In this document: piece after piece, positions 34,917 through 49,900 of the stretch
How positions within the stretch are numbered: position 1 is the stretch's first letter
Layout of the letters: each line of letters opens with the position of its first letter
DNA from: Clostridiales bacterium
GTDB taxonomy: Bacteria; Bacillota; Clostridia; Christensenellales; UBA1242
Length of the DNA: 64,000 bases
Assembly: GCA_015069415.1 (NCBI GenBank)
Contig: SVIQ01000002.1
Coordinates: 84,225 to 148,224, forward strand
Direction: 5' to 3'
The notes under the pieces: model-generated
Told to the model about the DNA's origin: nothing
The model's database searches: none
What the model saw: only the letters and a program-made list of their open reading frames with translations
Program-made: the position numbers and the translations under genes

Positions 34917-37900
34917 ATGAAAAAGAAAATTACAAGTTTGTTAACATTTGTGCTTGTGGCATTGTCATGCTTATGTTTTTCTGCGTGTGGCAATAAGTAC
35001 AAAAAAATGGAATACAAAATCATGTATGCTTTTAGTGCTGATGCTGAAGAATGGTTTGAGGTTGGAAAAGATAATTCTTTAGTTCTTAACTATAACGGTA
35101 AGGATGATTCTTTGGTTGTTGATGAGAATGGTGGAGAAATTTTCTTTAAAGTTCAAATTAAGGGAGTAAAGAAAAAACATCTTGGAGAAATTCGTATTAG
35201 TGCAACTGCGAGTATGGGGCTTGGATTCTCTGGAGCGACAATTAAAAATAATGGAGTTTTCTCTGTAAAGGTTGAGGATCCTGAATCTGTAGTTTCTTCT
35301 ACTCTTAGATTTTACGAAACTAAATCTAACAAGGCAAGAAATGTAAACTTGGAAGTTTACCCTAGTGTTGAAACTTTAACTGCGGATTTAACTGTTGTTA
35401 AAGGATTTGATAAAAATATATCTCTCGATTTAAGTACATTAAACAATATTGCTTTTTATCCTGCGGGAACAAATCAAAAAGAATTAGTTTATTCGGTTGA
35501 CAGTTTAGGAAAGTTTGTTGGTGGAAATTATGATGAAAATAAAGGCATTAGTTCGGCGAGCTTGCAAAATTTGATTTTGATTGATGATTCTAATCTTTCA
35601 TTAAATAATTACGTTCCTACTTCAGATTCATATGTTGCAAAGGTTATTGCAGAATCGAAATTTGACACTAGCATAAAAACTGAATTCTATGTTTATTTGG
35701 TTGATGACTTTATTGATGATGACTTTGATGTTGATGGCGGATTTGAAAATGATAATAGAGTAGATTTGAAATATAATGAAACTAATGTTTTAATTGATAA
35801 TTCAATTGATAATTCAATTGATTTGTATACTGGCGGAAAATATGCATCAACGGTTGTGACTTTAAACAAACCTACAACTATTTATTCACCTACAACTATT
35901 TATTCAAATGGTTTAGTTTTACATAATGGCGTAACTGCAAAATACAATTGGAACGTTTATGTAGATGGTGATAAATATATATTTGACAATTCTACACAAC
36001 GTGGACTTTTAATTACAAAAGAAGGCGAGGATTCATTTAGAATTACTTGCGTTGAATCAGGTAAAACACCTTCTACAATTAAATTCGTTTATGCTATTGA
36101 TGATTTGAACTATGAATCAACAAGTGCAAAAGAAATAACAGTAAACAAAAGATCTTTGCCTTCAACGTTAAGAATAAATGGTGAAAATGTTGAAACTTCG
36201 GCAACAGGAATTGTTTATAGTACTGGCTCAACGTCTTACAGTGGATTAAAATTAAAACTTGATTTAAGTCCTATTTACAAGAATAAAGATGGAGAAACTG
36301 TTGGAAATTATAATGTCGTTATTGATTCAACAGATGATTTAAAGTTGAGCTATACAAATGTTGGTGAATGGGTTAATGCAAACGGTCAGGTAATAAGCAC
36401 TGGAAAATCAATTTACTTGAATTTGGAAAGTAAAAATTCAGAAACTTTTAATCTTAAATATGTAATATCTCCTTCTGAATTTAATGGTAAAAAAGTTGAT
36501 GTTGAATATGGAACAGTAGTATATACTCTTATAAAGAAGATTACAGCTGATTCATTTGCTGTTACTGACGGGGATAAGAATACTCTTGTTGATAATAAAA
36601 CTTTATACGTAGCAAAAGGTAAAACAACTAATTTTACTTTAGATGTATATCACACTGGAGAACTTTCTCGTGATACTATTAAAGTTTCTAGCAATAATGC
36701 AAATGTGAAATTTAGTAATGGTTTAACGGCAATTACTTTAGATAAGTGGAAAGATAGTGAGGTTACACCAATTGAAGGAGGATCTCGTTTCACAATTCCT
36801 GTAACTGCAGAAAATTTGTCAGACGAGGCTGTAATTACAGTTGAAGCGGGTGTTGGTGTTAATGTAAAAACACAATTTAATGTAAAAGTGGTTGATGCTA
36901 CTAACGACGAATTACCTGCTGTAGGATTGGATGCTTTTACAAATGTTAAAGATTTAACAAATAATATTCAAGATAAAAAAACAGAAGGTGCTAAATATTT
37001 AGCTGTAAAATACAGTCAAACGGCGTCTGGTCGTTTTGGTGTAAATTTAGATTCGGCAACTAATATTATTAAATCTGTAACTTTGGGAAGTTCAGATCTT
37101 TACAAAGAACAAATTTCAGCAAATCAAGTTTCTTTAAAGACTGATTTAACTGGAAGTGATACAGTTGTTTTGACTGTTTACTATTACTACTTCAATTCAA
37201 CTAACAATGTAGTTGAAGTTAAATCTCAAACACAAGAAATTCAGCTCGCTATTTACAGTTCAGTGGATGCTATAAGTTTAAGTACAAACAAACAAAATTT
37301 GACTTATGTGAATTCAAAGTTTACAGAACTTTCAACTGCTGTAATAACATTTGATGCTGTGGGTGATGGAAACAAAACTCCAACTAGTGAAATTGCTTTT
37401 GAAGATACGTCTAAATTTTCTACAAGCTTAACTTTAAAGGTTGATTGTGGCAAAATAAACAAAGTTTCTGATTTAACAATTTCAAAAGGAACATTTGATG
37501 CTGTTCTTGCGGGTGAAATAAAAGATGGAAACACTTTCACTATTAAAGTAATTGGTTCTATGTTTGGAGAAGAAGTTGCTTCTGGACAAATTAATTTAAA
37601 TTATGTTAACTATATCAAAATGAGTAACATCGTTCTCGATGGGGTTCTTGATAGATATGATGACGATGAAAAGATTTCTGGAGTTGAGAAAAATGTAGAA
37701 GATGGTTTTGATATTCAAGTTTTCTCTTATGATATTTCTTTAATGGATATCTTGACTGGAAATAAAACTTCGGATTCTTACATTATCGGTGTAACAACTG
37801 AATACGAAACAGAAAATTTACTAAAAGCTAATGAAGACTTAAAGTTTGAAATTTACTCAGTTGTAGATTCTAATGGAGAAGAATCTCTTGGTGGAATAAT

Positions 37901-40900
37901 TACAAAAGATGTAGAATTTAATGATGGTAAAATTAAAATAAACGTAACTTCATCAACAGAGGGTGGACGATTTGTTTTAAAACTTTCTGCTTTAGATTCT
38001 TTTGATGATGAAAAAAATAAATTTACTAAAGTTAGATACATTGTTGTAAATATTAGTGACGGTGAAAAATTGCCTTTCTTCGTTCATGATAAGGATGAAT
38101 TTAATGCAATTTCTGGGGCGCTCGACAAAAAGTTTAAAATTGTAAATGACATTGATTTAGTGGGATTTAGTACAATTAGTGGAGAATTTACTGGAGAGTT
38201 AACTGCTGGAAATAATTATTTAGTTAAAGTTGAATTTACTGGGTCTGCATCACGAAATGTTGGCAGTGTGCAAGATGCTTATGTTGGATTGTTTGAAGAA
38301 AATGCTGGCGTAATTTCTGGATTTACTATTTCTGCTAAGTTTGCTTTGTCCAATTCAACAGATTCAACATCGTCATACAATTCAATTTATGCAGGCGCTG
38401 TTGCAGGTAAAAACTCTGGAACTATTAAAGATGTAACAGTACGAGTTGAAGTTGATTCAGACGCAGATAAAATTATTAAATTAGAAAATTCAAAAACTCT
38501 TTACTTTGGAGGAGTGGCTGGAGAGAACTTGGGTCATATAATTTCATCTAGAAACGAAAGCCTTGTAATATTTAGTGAGGCGTTAACTCTAAATTCAAGT
38601 GCAGAGAGTGCAAAAATAGGTTTAGTAACTGGTAAAAATTCAAATTTAATTGAAGGAAATTACTTAGGTATTGAAACATTTAATAAAGCAAGTTTCATTT
38701 CAAATGTAGTTGCAAACTTAAATGTTGTAAATGCGCATTCTAATGCTACTATCAATTTTGGTGGTGTGGCTGGTGAAAACACTGGTGCAATCAGAAATAT
38801 GATTCTTGGTGGTAGTATCTCGGTTGCAAATGTGACAAATGCTTCTGCGGGTGGAAACATTGCCGGAATTGTTGGAGAAAACTCTGGAACAGTTCAAACA
38901 AGTGCTGTGTTTACGCTTAATATTACTTCTTCTTGTAGTGGTGTCAACGCATACGCGTCTGGTTTGGTTGGTACTTCTAAAAATGGAACATTAACAGATT
39001 TAAGAGTGATTGCAACAAAAGGAAGCTCTAACTTTACTGGAAAAATTAGCGGAACAAATGTTGCCGGTGCAGTTGCAAATTCTGATAACGACACAATATC
39101 ACAAATTTCAATTCAATCGTTCATTAATGAAGATTTACTAGATGGAACAAATGTTTATGGATTAGTAAATGGAACAACCTCAACTATTTCCAATTCATTC
39201 ATTGTTGGAAATTTAAAAGGAAGTTCAATTGTTTTAACTACAAATTCAACAAATGAAGAAACTACTTATTTCATCGGATCAGTGAATGGATCAATCAATC
39301 ATGATTATAAAAATTATACATATGCAATCTTAAAAGATGATGAGTCATTTAAGTTTGTAGTAGATGGAGAAGAAAAAGAGAATTCAGACCTAACTGGAGA
39401 CAATTGGGATGATAAAGTTAAAGGAATTTCTGCAAAATTTTCATCTTCAATTTCAGATCCGTGGAGATTAACTGAAGGTTATAATACCTTATTAGGAAAC
39501 TCAACATATTATTTCCCATATCTAGTAACTGGAAATGAACAACCTCAAATGATAATTCAACCTACATCAATTGAATTAGATTTGGTTACTGGTGAAACTT
39601 ATATATATGTACTTAATAATGATGAAACAGTTGAAATCGAAATTTCTGAAAATGAAACGGTTCCAGTAACAGACATTGCGGTAGTAAATTATCAAACAAA
39701 AGGCAACAACTCTCATAAGATTGTTAAGGAAGACGGTGAGGATGGTCTTGTAACTCTTAGAGTTATTCCAGAAGAAGCTCAAAGTAGTGTGGATTACGAA
39801 ATCGTTTCTGGGGACAACGCTTACATTTACAATGGAAAGATTACATTTACAAAAGCTAGTGAAAGTCCATTGATTGTTAAAGTTTACTCATTGTTTAACA
39901 GAGATTGTTTCGAATATGTAGCATTCTACTCTGTTCCTGGTGCAAATGAATTCTACATGAACAAGTCTGAAGTGACTACATATGTTGGAAACTCTAGCCC
40001 AATTGATTTATATGCAGTAGTTGAAAATAGTGGCGAAACAATTTACGACATAAAAGATGTTGAAAATAAACTTGAATTAAGAGTAACAAAAGTTGAATCT
40101 GATGAAAAGATTTATAATAGAATTGGTCAAGAGTTTATTAATTCTGAAGATGCTAACGACAAGTTAAAATTGACTATTAATGATAGTAGATACAACAAAA
40201 TTTCTGTAACTGCTGGAGAAGAAAAAGGAAGTTACGAATTAACAATTAAATTGATTTACAAAATTACGATTTCTGGAACTCCTTTTGAAACGGTAGTGGG
40301 AGAAACAACAGTTGTTGTGAATGTTACTGAAATAGCAACAGATCTCTCAATCCTTAATGCTTCTAGCGTTGGAGGAGAAATTGACACAAATATTGCATTT
40401 GTTGTTGATTTAAAAACTAACTTTGTAAGTGATGATCAAAATCATGACGAACTTAGCACTCAATATTATTATATTGAAGGAAATGCTGTTGTTCCTAAAT
40501 ATGATGAAGGTGTAAATAAAGACACAATCAAATTGTTCTTCGAAAAAGGGGAAAATGTTGAAAGTTGGAACTATCTTGTAAATTGGGCTTCTAAATTTGG
40601 CAAAGAAATTTACCAATTGTTTGACTATTCATTCGTTAGTGTAAAAACAGCTGATGGATATCGTTACAATGTTGAAATGTCTTTAAAAGATGAATATTTA
40701 ACATATAAAGATAATGATAATAATACTTTAGTTAAATTCATCGAAGAAGAAATTAGTTTCAACCTTAAAGTTGAAGCTTACTCAAATGCATTTAAGAGTT
40801 CTAAGCTTGGAATAAAACTTACTCCTAGCACAATCAACTCTGTGCGTATGGAAAACTATGCTGTAGATTTCAGCAATGCAAACAGTGTGTACACAACACT

Positions 40901-43900
40901 CTTTACAAGTTCAAAAGCTGACACTTACATTATCACTCCAGGTGGAAAGGGTGGAATTATCATAATTAACCTTGATCCGTTCCATGCAGATATTGACAAT
41001 TTAACTTTGACAAGCTCTGTGGTTAACACTGTAAACGGACCTGTACGTGTACAATTTGAACAAGTTGTAAAAACTGATGACGGAAAGTATGTTTCATATT
41101 CGCCTGTGGCATCTTCGACAGCTATTGAAAACGGAATTAAGTTAACAAGAGTTTCAAATGAAGATGGATCGTATGATGGAAAAATTTACATTCATACAAT
41201 GTTAACTAGTTATTTTGGATCTCAAGATGATTACACAATTACTTTGGGGTATGAAGACAAATTTGGCGTTCAACACAGTAAACCTTTAAATCTCACTTCA
41301 ACATTCATTCCTGGAATTAGTTTAAGTTTTGACAATGATTATAGAGTGAATGGTATTGATGAAGAGGTTGGTGAGTATCTTGTACAAAAGAATTCTACTG
41401 ACAACACATTAAAATTAAAACTTTATGGTTATCAATTGAATTCAAGACCAAGTTTTGAATTTGGTTGGGTAGATCCTAGAACTGAAGGAGAAAATGTAGG
41501 AAATTATGTAACTGTATTTGTTGGTGAAGATGCTGTTCCAAACTTGGATGGCTCTTACACTGTAAATTGCACTATGGTTGTAAGAGATGATATTCCTGCA
41601 AGTTTTAAAGTTTCTGCAGAACTTAGTGTTACAGATATTAACTTAGGTATTTTGACTAGTGAAACAAGCGAAATAATTTTCCATCCAACTGATTACATTG
41701 TTGAAGGCATTTATGTTAAAGATTTAGCAAATAATACTTTAAACATTGCTCATCAATCGAGTAAGGCTGTTGAACTTAAATTCGAAACAAACAGCGCAAA
41801 TTCTGATTTGAGTGATAAATTAAATACTGAACTTTATTATTACTTAAATGAAAAGAGAATAGATTTAAGACATATATTTGAATTTGACAGTAAAACTATT
41901 TACGAAGATAGAGACAATGATTTCTTTAGTGCGGTTTCAGAAACTATAGAATTAGTTAAAGATACAACTTATATTCCTACAATCAATATTTACGGAAGAG
42001 AAACATTAAAGAAAACTATTCATGGAAGCATTTGGGTTGGTTACAAAGTAGATAATCATGAATATAAATTTGAATTCTGTTCAGAAGATGATAAAAATGT
42101 TTATTACAAAAAAGAAATCCCTATTTCTTTTGAATTAAATATTTATCCTGCGTCAACAGAAGAAAAAGCAATTCCTATTTACGATGAAGCTGGATTTAAA
42201 GATATGAGAGCGGGAGTAGATTATATCTTAATGAAAGATATAACTCTAACAAACTTCACTCCAATAACAAATCAAATTTCATCTCTTGATGGTAACAACA
42301 AGATTATTAAAATAACAAATTTTGCAATACATAATGACGGATTGAATTTCGGATTGTTTAAATCAATTGGAGAAATTGAAGACACTGAACAATCTACTGA
42401 CTCTAAAACAGTTTACAAGAAAACAATCCTTAAAAATGTAACAGTTGATTACAGTGCGTTTGAGGGATTAGCTTTACAAACTGTGGAAGATGCTGAATCT
42501 GTCAACTTTGGTGGATTAGTTGTGGATAACAACGGTGGAATTATTTATAACTGTGAAGTAATTAATTCAAGTCTTGGTGAAGATAATGGAAACATTAACA
42601 TTCTTCTTCCAGAAATTGAAGGATTAGAAGTCAATGTCGCCGGTTTAGTTGTAAACAACAATGGAAACATTACAAATTCTCGTGTGGGAACAGACAAGTT
42701 TACTAGAATATCTGTTTCAAATGGAATTGTAAGAAAGTCCATAAGTTCAAATGGATCATTGAGTTTTAAAGCTTCTGGAATTGATGAAAATTCTTTAATT
42801 CATAACAGTCATAGTGCAAATATGTCTGGATTTGTTGTAAACAACTTAAATAACGGTTTAATTACAACAAGCTATGCTCAAAATATTGAGATTTTAAATG
42901 AATCTAAATCTGAAAGTAGATCTGCTGGATTTGCAGTTGAAAACTTAGGTGAAATTTCTCAAAGTTTTGTAAGAGGTTCAAGCAAAGAAGTGACTTCAAC
43001 TACTAACGAAACTCTTTTGGAAACAAAGAATGGAAAGGTTGAATCTCAAAATGGAAACTCTGCTGGATTTGTTTACTACAACAGTGGATACATTAGCGAT
43101 GCATTTGCGAACATTACACTTGAAACTGAGTCAAAAGCATTAAGTGGATTTGTGTTTGAACATGATGGAGGAAAAATCTCTAATTCATATTCAGCGTGTG
43201 CAAAAGTTGTTAATGAAATAGAAGACGATAAATTAAGAAAAGTTAACGAGCGTCCTTTTGTGGGAATTGGTGACGATCATGAAGTTTTAATTTCAAATGG
43301 TGCGATAATTGAAAATTGTTATTATCTTTTGAAAACTGGAGAAATGGAACTTGCTAATGAACCTGCGAAAGGTTTAAATGTGGACAACTTTACAAATTCT
43401 GACAACCTTGAAGGATTCACATTTGTTTTAAGTAATTCTCTAGAAGACAGAAAGAATGGTGTGTGGTCAAATTACACTCCAGAAGGATATTACAGAGCTT
43501 TACCAGAACTTGTTTCTGCAAATACAATAGCTTTAACTTATCGTTATGCTACGGAAAATGAAAATGAGTATTTATATGCTTCAGGTTATGGTTTAGGTAC
43601 AGAAAATAATCCTTATATTATTAGAAATCTAAATGAATACAATGATGTGTTCGTTCAAAATCGTGACGGCGCATTAGAAAACTGGGCGCCAACAGGAGAA
43701 TCTGGTTATATAAGATTTGTTAGCGACATTGATTTTACTGGAGAAGCTGTTAAAACTCGTGCAAGATACACTCTTGGAGACAAAGACAAGACTTATATTG
43801 ACGGTAATGGCATGACTCTAAAGGGAATCAAATTTGACGTTGGAGAAATTAATGAAACAAGTGTTGGATTGTTTGCTGAAATTAAAAATACAACAATTAA

Positions 43901-46900
43901 GAATTTAAACATTGAGTTAGATTCACATTCTTCAAACAAAGAAAACACAACAAGTACTTCTAGTGTTACATATGTAGGAGGACTTGCTGGAAAAATTGAC
44001 AATTCAATAATCATTAACATTAATTTAGACGGAAACGGATCTACTCTATTAGGTAAAGAATATGTTGGAGGAATTGCGGGAGAGATAACTGGAGGAAGTC
44101 AGTTGTATGCAATTTCAACAAAGCTCAATGCGCAAGGTGGTGATCCTACAGCTTCAAATGTCGGAGGAGTGGCTGGACGAATTAATTTAACTTCAAGATC
44201 TAACTCTAAATCTTTATACAGCTTATCTCACATTACGGTTGCTGGAAGTAAGTTAAAAGGTGGATATGTTGGAGGAATTGCCGGACGTGTAGAAGCAGAA
44301 GGTAATAATATTGTTAAAGCATACAGACTTCGTTACGACGTGTTGGATACTTCAAAATTGGAAGGTGCAAGTGCTGTCGGCGGATTGTTTGGTGTGTTTA
44401 GCGGAGAATTAAAAGCCTCTCAAGTTACAGCAGTTGAAACTACTCAATATGAATACGATAAGGCAATGGCAAACTATGTGCTTAATGGAAAACTTGAAAA
44501 AGCTGGAAACTTAACATTAATTAAAGGATCTAGTTTCTCTGGTGGATTAATTGGTGTTGGTGTTGACACGTCAGTTTACGCAAGTTACGCTAAAGTTGGA
44601 TTTGATCCAGAATCAACAGGAGTGTTGGGAGGCGTTTACGGACTTTCTATTGGTTCAAAAATTGCATTCTCATATGCAGTACCTTATGTAAACACGGAAA
44701 ATGAAGTAATAGCTGGTGGTTTAATTGGTCTTGCATACAAAAATAAAACTTTAGCTGAAAGTTCTAGTTATAAAGAAGTTCAAGCATTTGTTGCTTCAAT
44801 GAAAGAATCTGGTAATACGTACGATTCATTAGAATTTACTTTCTCTACATTAATTTATGATACGACTAAAAAACATGCAAATTCTCAGTACAACGTTCTA
44901 ATGAACGAAGGTAATGATATTGAGAAACAAAACACAAAAGTGGCTGGACGTTATCCTGACGATATTTCGAATTTTGATGCAACTCACTCAGCACTTTTAA
45001 GTGATTTGGTGAACATTACAACTCCAGAAGCTTCAACAAAACAAAAAGACACATTTGACAATATGTTTAAAGGTTGGTCGTCGGTTGAATATTGGAGCTT
45101 AAATAACTTAAAAATTTATCCAACTCTTGAAAGAGACGAAGCGATAAATTACTATATCATTGATGACATTTCAGATTTCCATGTAATGATTAACAATCCA
45201 AGTAAGAATTACATGATTGTCAAAGACATTAATATGTCTACATGGCAATTAGAAAGCAAAAGCAATTACATTTTCAATTGTGACTTTACTGGAACTCTTG
45301 TAGGTAAACTTAATAATGGTGGTGCTCCACTTCTTTCTGGATTAAAACTAGAATGTGGAAATAGTGGAGATGCGGGATTGTTCAAGAAAACAGCCGGTGC
45401 TGAAATTTCAAACATTAAGTTTGAATGGGACGGTGTAACAAATAAAGCAGCAATAACTACTACTACTAAAAATTTAGAGTTAGAGTACATTGGACTTGTT
45501 TCATGCGAAGACTCTGGATCTATGTTCTCAGGCTTGACAGTTAGTGTTAAAGCGAAAACTGGAGAGGATGCACTCTTCATTGACAATACAGCGAATACAA
45601 CGCAAACGATTCAAGGATTTGGTGGAATTGTTGGTCGTGCTAGTGGTAGTGAAATTTATTCTTCTTCCGTAACTGGCAATGTAATCGCAAAAATTACTGA
45701 ATTTGGTGGCATTGTTGCAAAAGCAGACGCATTAATAATTAAGGATGCAAACAATGAAAACCTAAGTCAATCTACTAGAATTCAAGATTGCTCAGTCAAT
45801 GGTACTCATACTTTAACAACAAATGGAGAATCTTCATTCGGAGGAATTGTTGGTGCCTCTCAAAATACAACAATTTCAACTAGCGATTTTGTCAATGGTT
45901 GTAAAATTGTTGCAACTTTAGAAAGCGTTGCTAATATTGGTGGAATTGCGGGAAATCTAGATCAAGGTTCTTACATTGCTTCATGTGATTCTTATGGTGA
46001 AATTGTTATTTCAATTGGTGCTAAAAATGTGAACCTCTATCTTGGAGGAATTGCAGGTACGTCAAACGGACAAATTAGTAATTCTTCTGCAAATGCAACA
46101 TTTACTACAGTTATTGACGAAGAGGATAATATTAGTACTCCTGCAGTTAATATTAATACTCTTGCAGTCGGTGGAGTTGTTGGACAACTTGCTAGCTCGG
46201 GTTATGAAGACATTTTCAACGTTTTAAGTTATGGTGAAATTGACTTTAGTTCTGGAAATTACACAACAGTATACGCTGGAGGAATTGCCGGATTTGCAAC
46301 TAGTGAAGTTTCAATTGCAAATTCAATGAATTTAACAGATGTAAAAGCTAAAGCAAGTTCTAACTTATATATGGGTGGAATTATTGGAACAGCTGGTACA
46401 GATGTAGAAAACGGAGATCAATCATTAACGATAAGTAACGTTGCTTCTACTGGAAGAATTGTTCCGACAATTGAAAGTGATAATGCAAAATTGTACGTTG
46501 GTGGACTTGCTGGATTTGTAAAAGATGATTTCAATGTGACAAATTCTTACACACTTTCAAGTATTATTGCAAGTGATGTAGATGGTTCAGTTTTGGCAAA
46601 GAACAAAGAAGCTGAGCGAATTAATGCTGTACTTGGAAATGGATCGATTTCTTCTACAAGTACAAACGTTTACTACTCATCGGATTATGCATTAGTTGAA
46701 GAATGTAAGGATGTCGACAATGACGGTCTTAAGAACTACACTGCATATAATTTAGTGAGAGGTAGCCTCTTTGACTCATTTGTTGCTGATTCTAATGAAG
46801 GATTTGTGTTTGCTGACGGAAAAGACTCTACTACAAAAGTTCCTTATGTTAAGAGCATTGCGTCATTATTAGTTAATGCAAAACTTCTGGACAGTAATGA

Positions 46901-49900
46901 TAATGAATATATCAAAGATGGAACTGCTTATAATCCAAAATTAATTCAAACCAATAACAGTGAACATTCATTTGACGGTAGTTATACTTATTACATTCTA
47001 GCTATTTCTCAAAATGACAATGTTTACGCTCTTCCTGAGTTTGATGGAGATTTAAACGGAATTTTAATTGGACAAGATGTTGAATATTCTGTGTCTCAAG
47101 CTCCTAATATAAAGATTTCAGAGGATTCTGCAATTTCTAACATTCATGTAAGAGGTAGTGGAACTGCAGTACCATTAGTTTCTGAAAATAAAGGTGTGGT
47201 TTCAAACTGTTCTGTAATGGGACATTTTACAGGATTACAAAGTTCTGATGAAAACGATAAAGATAAAGGGAAGGGCGCGTTAGTAACAAACAACTATGGA
47301 TTGGTTGAATACTGTTACTCTACTGCAGAATTAGTAGTTGCAGAAAATGAAACATACTCTTTAAGTGGACTTGTTTATGAACAAAATCAAGGTAGTAAGA
47401 TTTTCTCATCATTCTTCACTGGTTACATTGAAGGAACAGGTGCGGGAATTGCTGGCTCTAATCCTAATAGTGTTTCAAACTATATTTACAACTGTTACAG
47501 TGCTGGTGTTGTAACTACAACTAGTAGTAATAGTTTTGCGGGATTCACTCTTTCGGGAGATACTGGAAGTAATAACTACTTAGATAAATGGGCTAAGTTT
47601 GAAGAAATAACTGGAACAGGTCTTCCTCTTTCTACAATTGAAACAAAAGATTTAATGAAAGCTACTAACTTAAAAGGTAGATGGCACACTGCATTAACGG
47701 ATAGTGGTTATAACACAAAAGCAGGACTGTTCGGAAAGAACTACAACTATCCTGTTTATAACCTTAACAAAGTCAATGTGGATAAAGACGCTGAATTACA
47801 AGATTTCTTAAGATTAGAAGATACTGGTAATGGAGCTTGTGCCGATGACACTCTTTCAAGAACTTATGAGAATCTTTTAGGGGCTAATTACAATAAAGCA
47901 TTTAAGATTCCTCATATTGGAGTTTTAGATACAATTAGTTGCTTAATGAAAGACAAAGCAAATATTAACTTTGGAAATTACAACTTCGTGCTAATTTATG
48001 ACATTATAGCTAATGATAACAGTGCTAAAAGAGTTGAATTAGATAAAGATGAAAAAATTACAAAAAATAATTTAGTAAATTTCACTAATGGGCTAATTAT
48101 TTCTAACAAGTATCTAGGATATAATGACGCTACTAATTCAACAAATCATTGTGAAATTAGTGGTCTTAACACTCATGGATTGTTTAGAGAATTTACAGGC
48201 TCTAGCATTTACGACATTAAGATTGGAGATGCATATAGTCTAAAAGATACTGGTGTAATTGGTGCTAGTTCAAGCGAAAGCGGAAATTCGAATGTGGAAA
48301 ATGTTACATTATTGAACTTGGCAATTACGTCTAATGGAGATAGCTCAAATACTGGTGTGTTGTTTGGAAATGTCGATGGAACTTTGAATGTAACTAACAT
48401 TAAAAATGAAGCCGGAAAAACCACAACTGTTACTGGCGGAAATAAGACAAACATTGGACTAATTGCTGGAAGTTCAAATGGAAAAATCAATATTAAAGAT
48501 ATCGATGTATCATTAGTGTTAAAGGGTTCTGAAGTTGCCGGTGGATTAGTTGGTGTCGCCACTAATTCTACTATTAAGATTGAAACTGTTACAAGTACAG
48601 CAATTATTGCAACGGCTGAAGGAACAAAAACTAACAAAGTAAACGTTGAATTTGATGGTTGTACACTTGCTGGCGGATTAGTTGGAGAATTAAATAACTC
48701 AACTGTTGATGGAAGCAGTCTCAAACTCAAATTAGATTTCTTTGGGAATGCAGAAACACTTGGTGGCATCGCTGGAAAATCTGTTGAAAATTCTTCAATT
48801 TCTAACATTATTGCAACAACAAGTAAAGTTTGCAATGTTACAAACTTTGGTGGAATTGTAGCGATTGTTGAAAATGAAAAAACAAATGAAAGCAAGTTGA
48901 CAGTTTCATCAGTTGAAATAACAATTTCTCATGTCGAACAAAACCAAACTCAGGGCGTTGTAACTTTAAGTGGCACGCAAGGTGGCGGTTCTGAGGGTGG
49001 AGAAACTGTAGAATACGGTGTAATACTTGCTGAAAATGGTGTTGCCGGAGCTCTTGCTGGTCTTGTTAAAGGTAATATTTCGGCATCCAGATTAACTATT
49101 AAGAACGTAGGTAATGCATCTGAATTTGTTGTTCAACAAAAGAGAAAAAATGAAAAAACTTCATTGGGCGTTGGAATTTTTGCAGGTGTTTTAGAAAGTG
49201 GCAACATTGAAGTCAAAACTGGGTCAACAATTAACGTCAAAATGAGGGCTCAATTCTCTAAGAACATCGGTGGCGTAGTTGGAGCATATAAAACAGGACA
49301 AATTTTAGTAGAGAATGGCGTTATTTACAATGTTTCAATGGAAACTGCTGGTGAAAACATTGGTGGTGTGTTCGGGCTTGTTGACGAAAAATATTTTGAA
49401 ACAAAAGTAACTGCTGAAACTTTTGGAACACTGAAAGATAGCTTATATACAAAAAATGATGATGTATATGAAAAGGTTGATTCCGAAAATGCAACATACA
49501 ACGAAGATACGATATACTACGCATTTAGTGGACTTCTCATAGATGATGTATTTGGAAAAATGATTCAAAATGGAACAGTTGTAGAAGAATATCCGTACAA
49601 AAACTTCTTTAGTACAAAAGTAGGGTCTAGTGATGCAGATATAAACCTTATTGGAAACGTTGAAAATGTTGGTGGATTAATTGGTTGTATGAAAGGAGAT
49701 TTTGGTGCTCTTGATGATAAAGGATTAATTGACAACAAAAATAAAATTACAAAAGGTGATGCAAACAGTATTATTAATGTTGGTGGTGTAGCTGGATTAT
49801 ACGCTGTTAACATTGGAACAACAGGCTTAAAGAACAGTGCTGAGATTGTTCTTAAAGAAAATTCATTGAATGTCGGTGGAATTTTCGGTCATCTAGAAAG

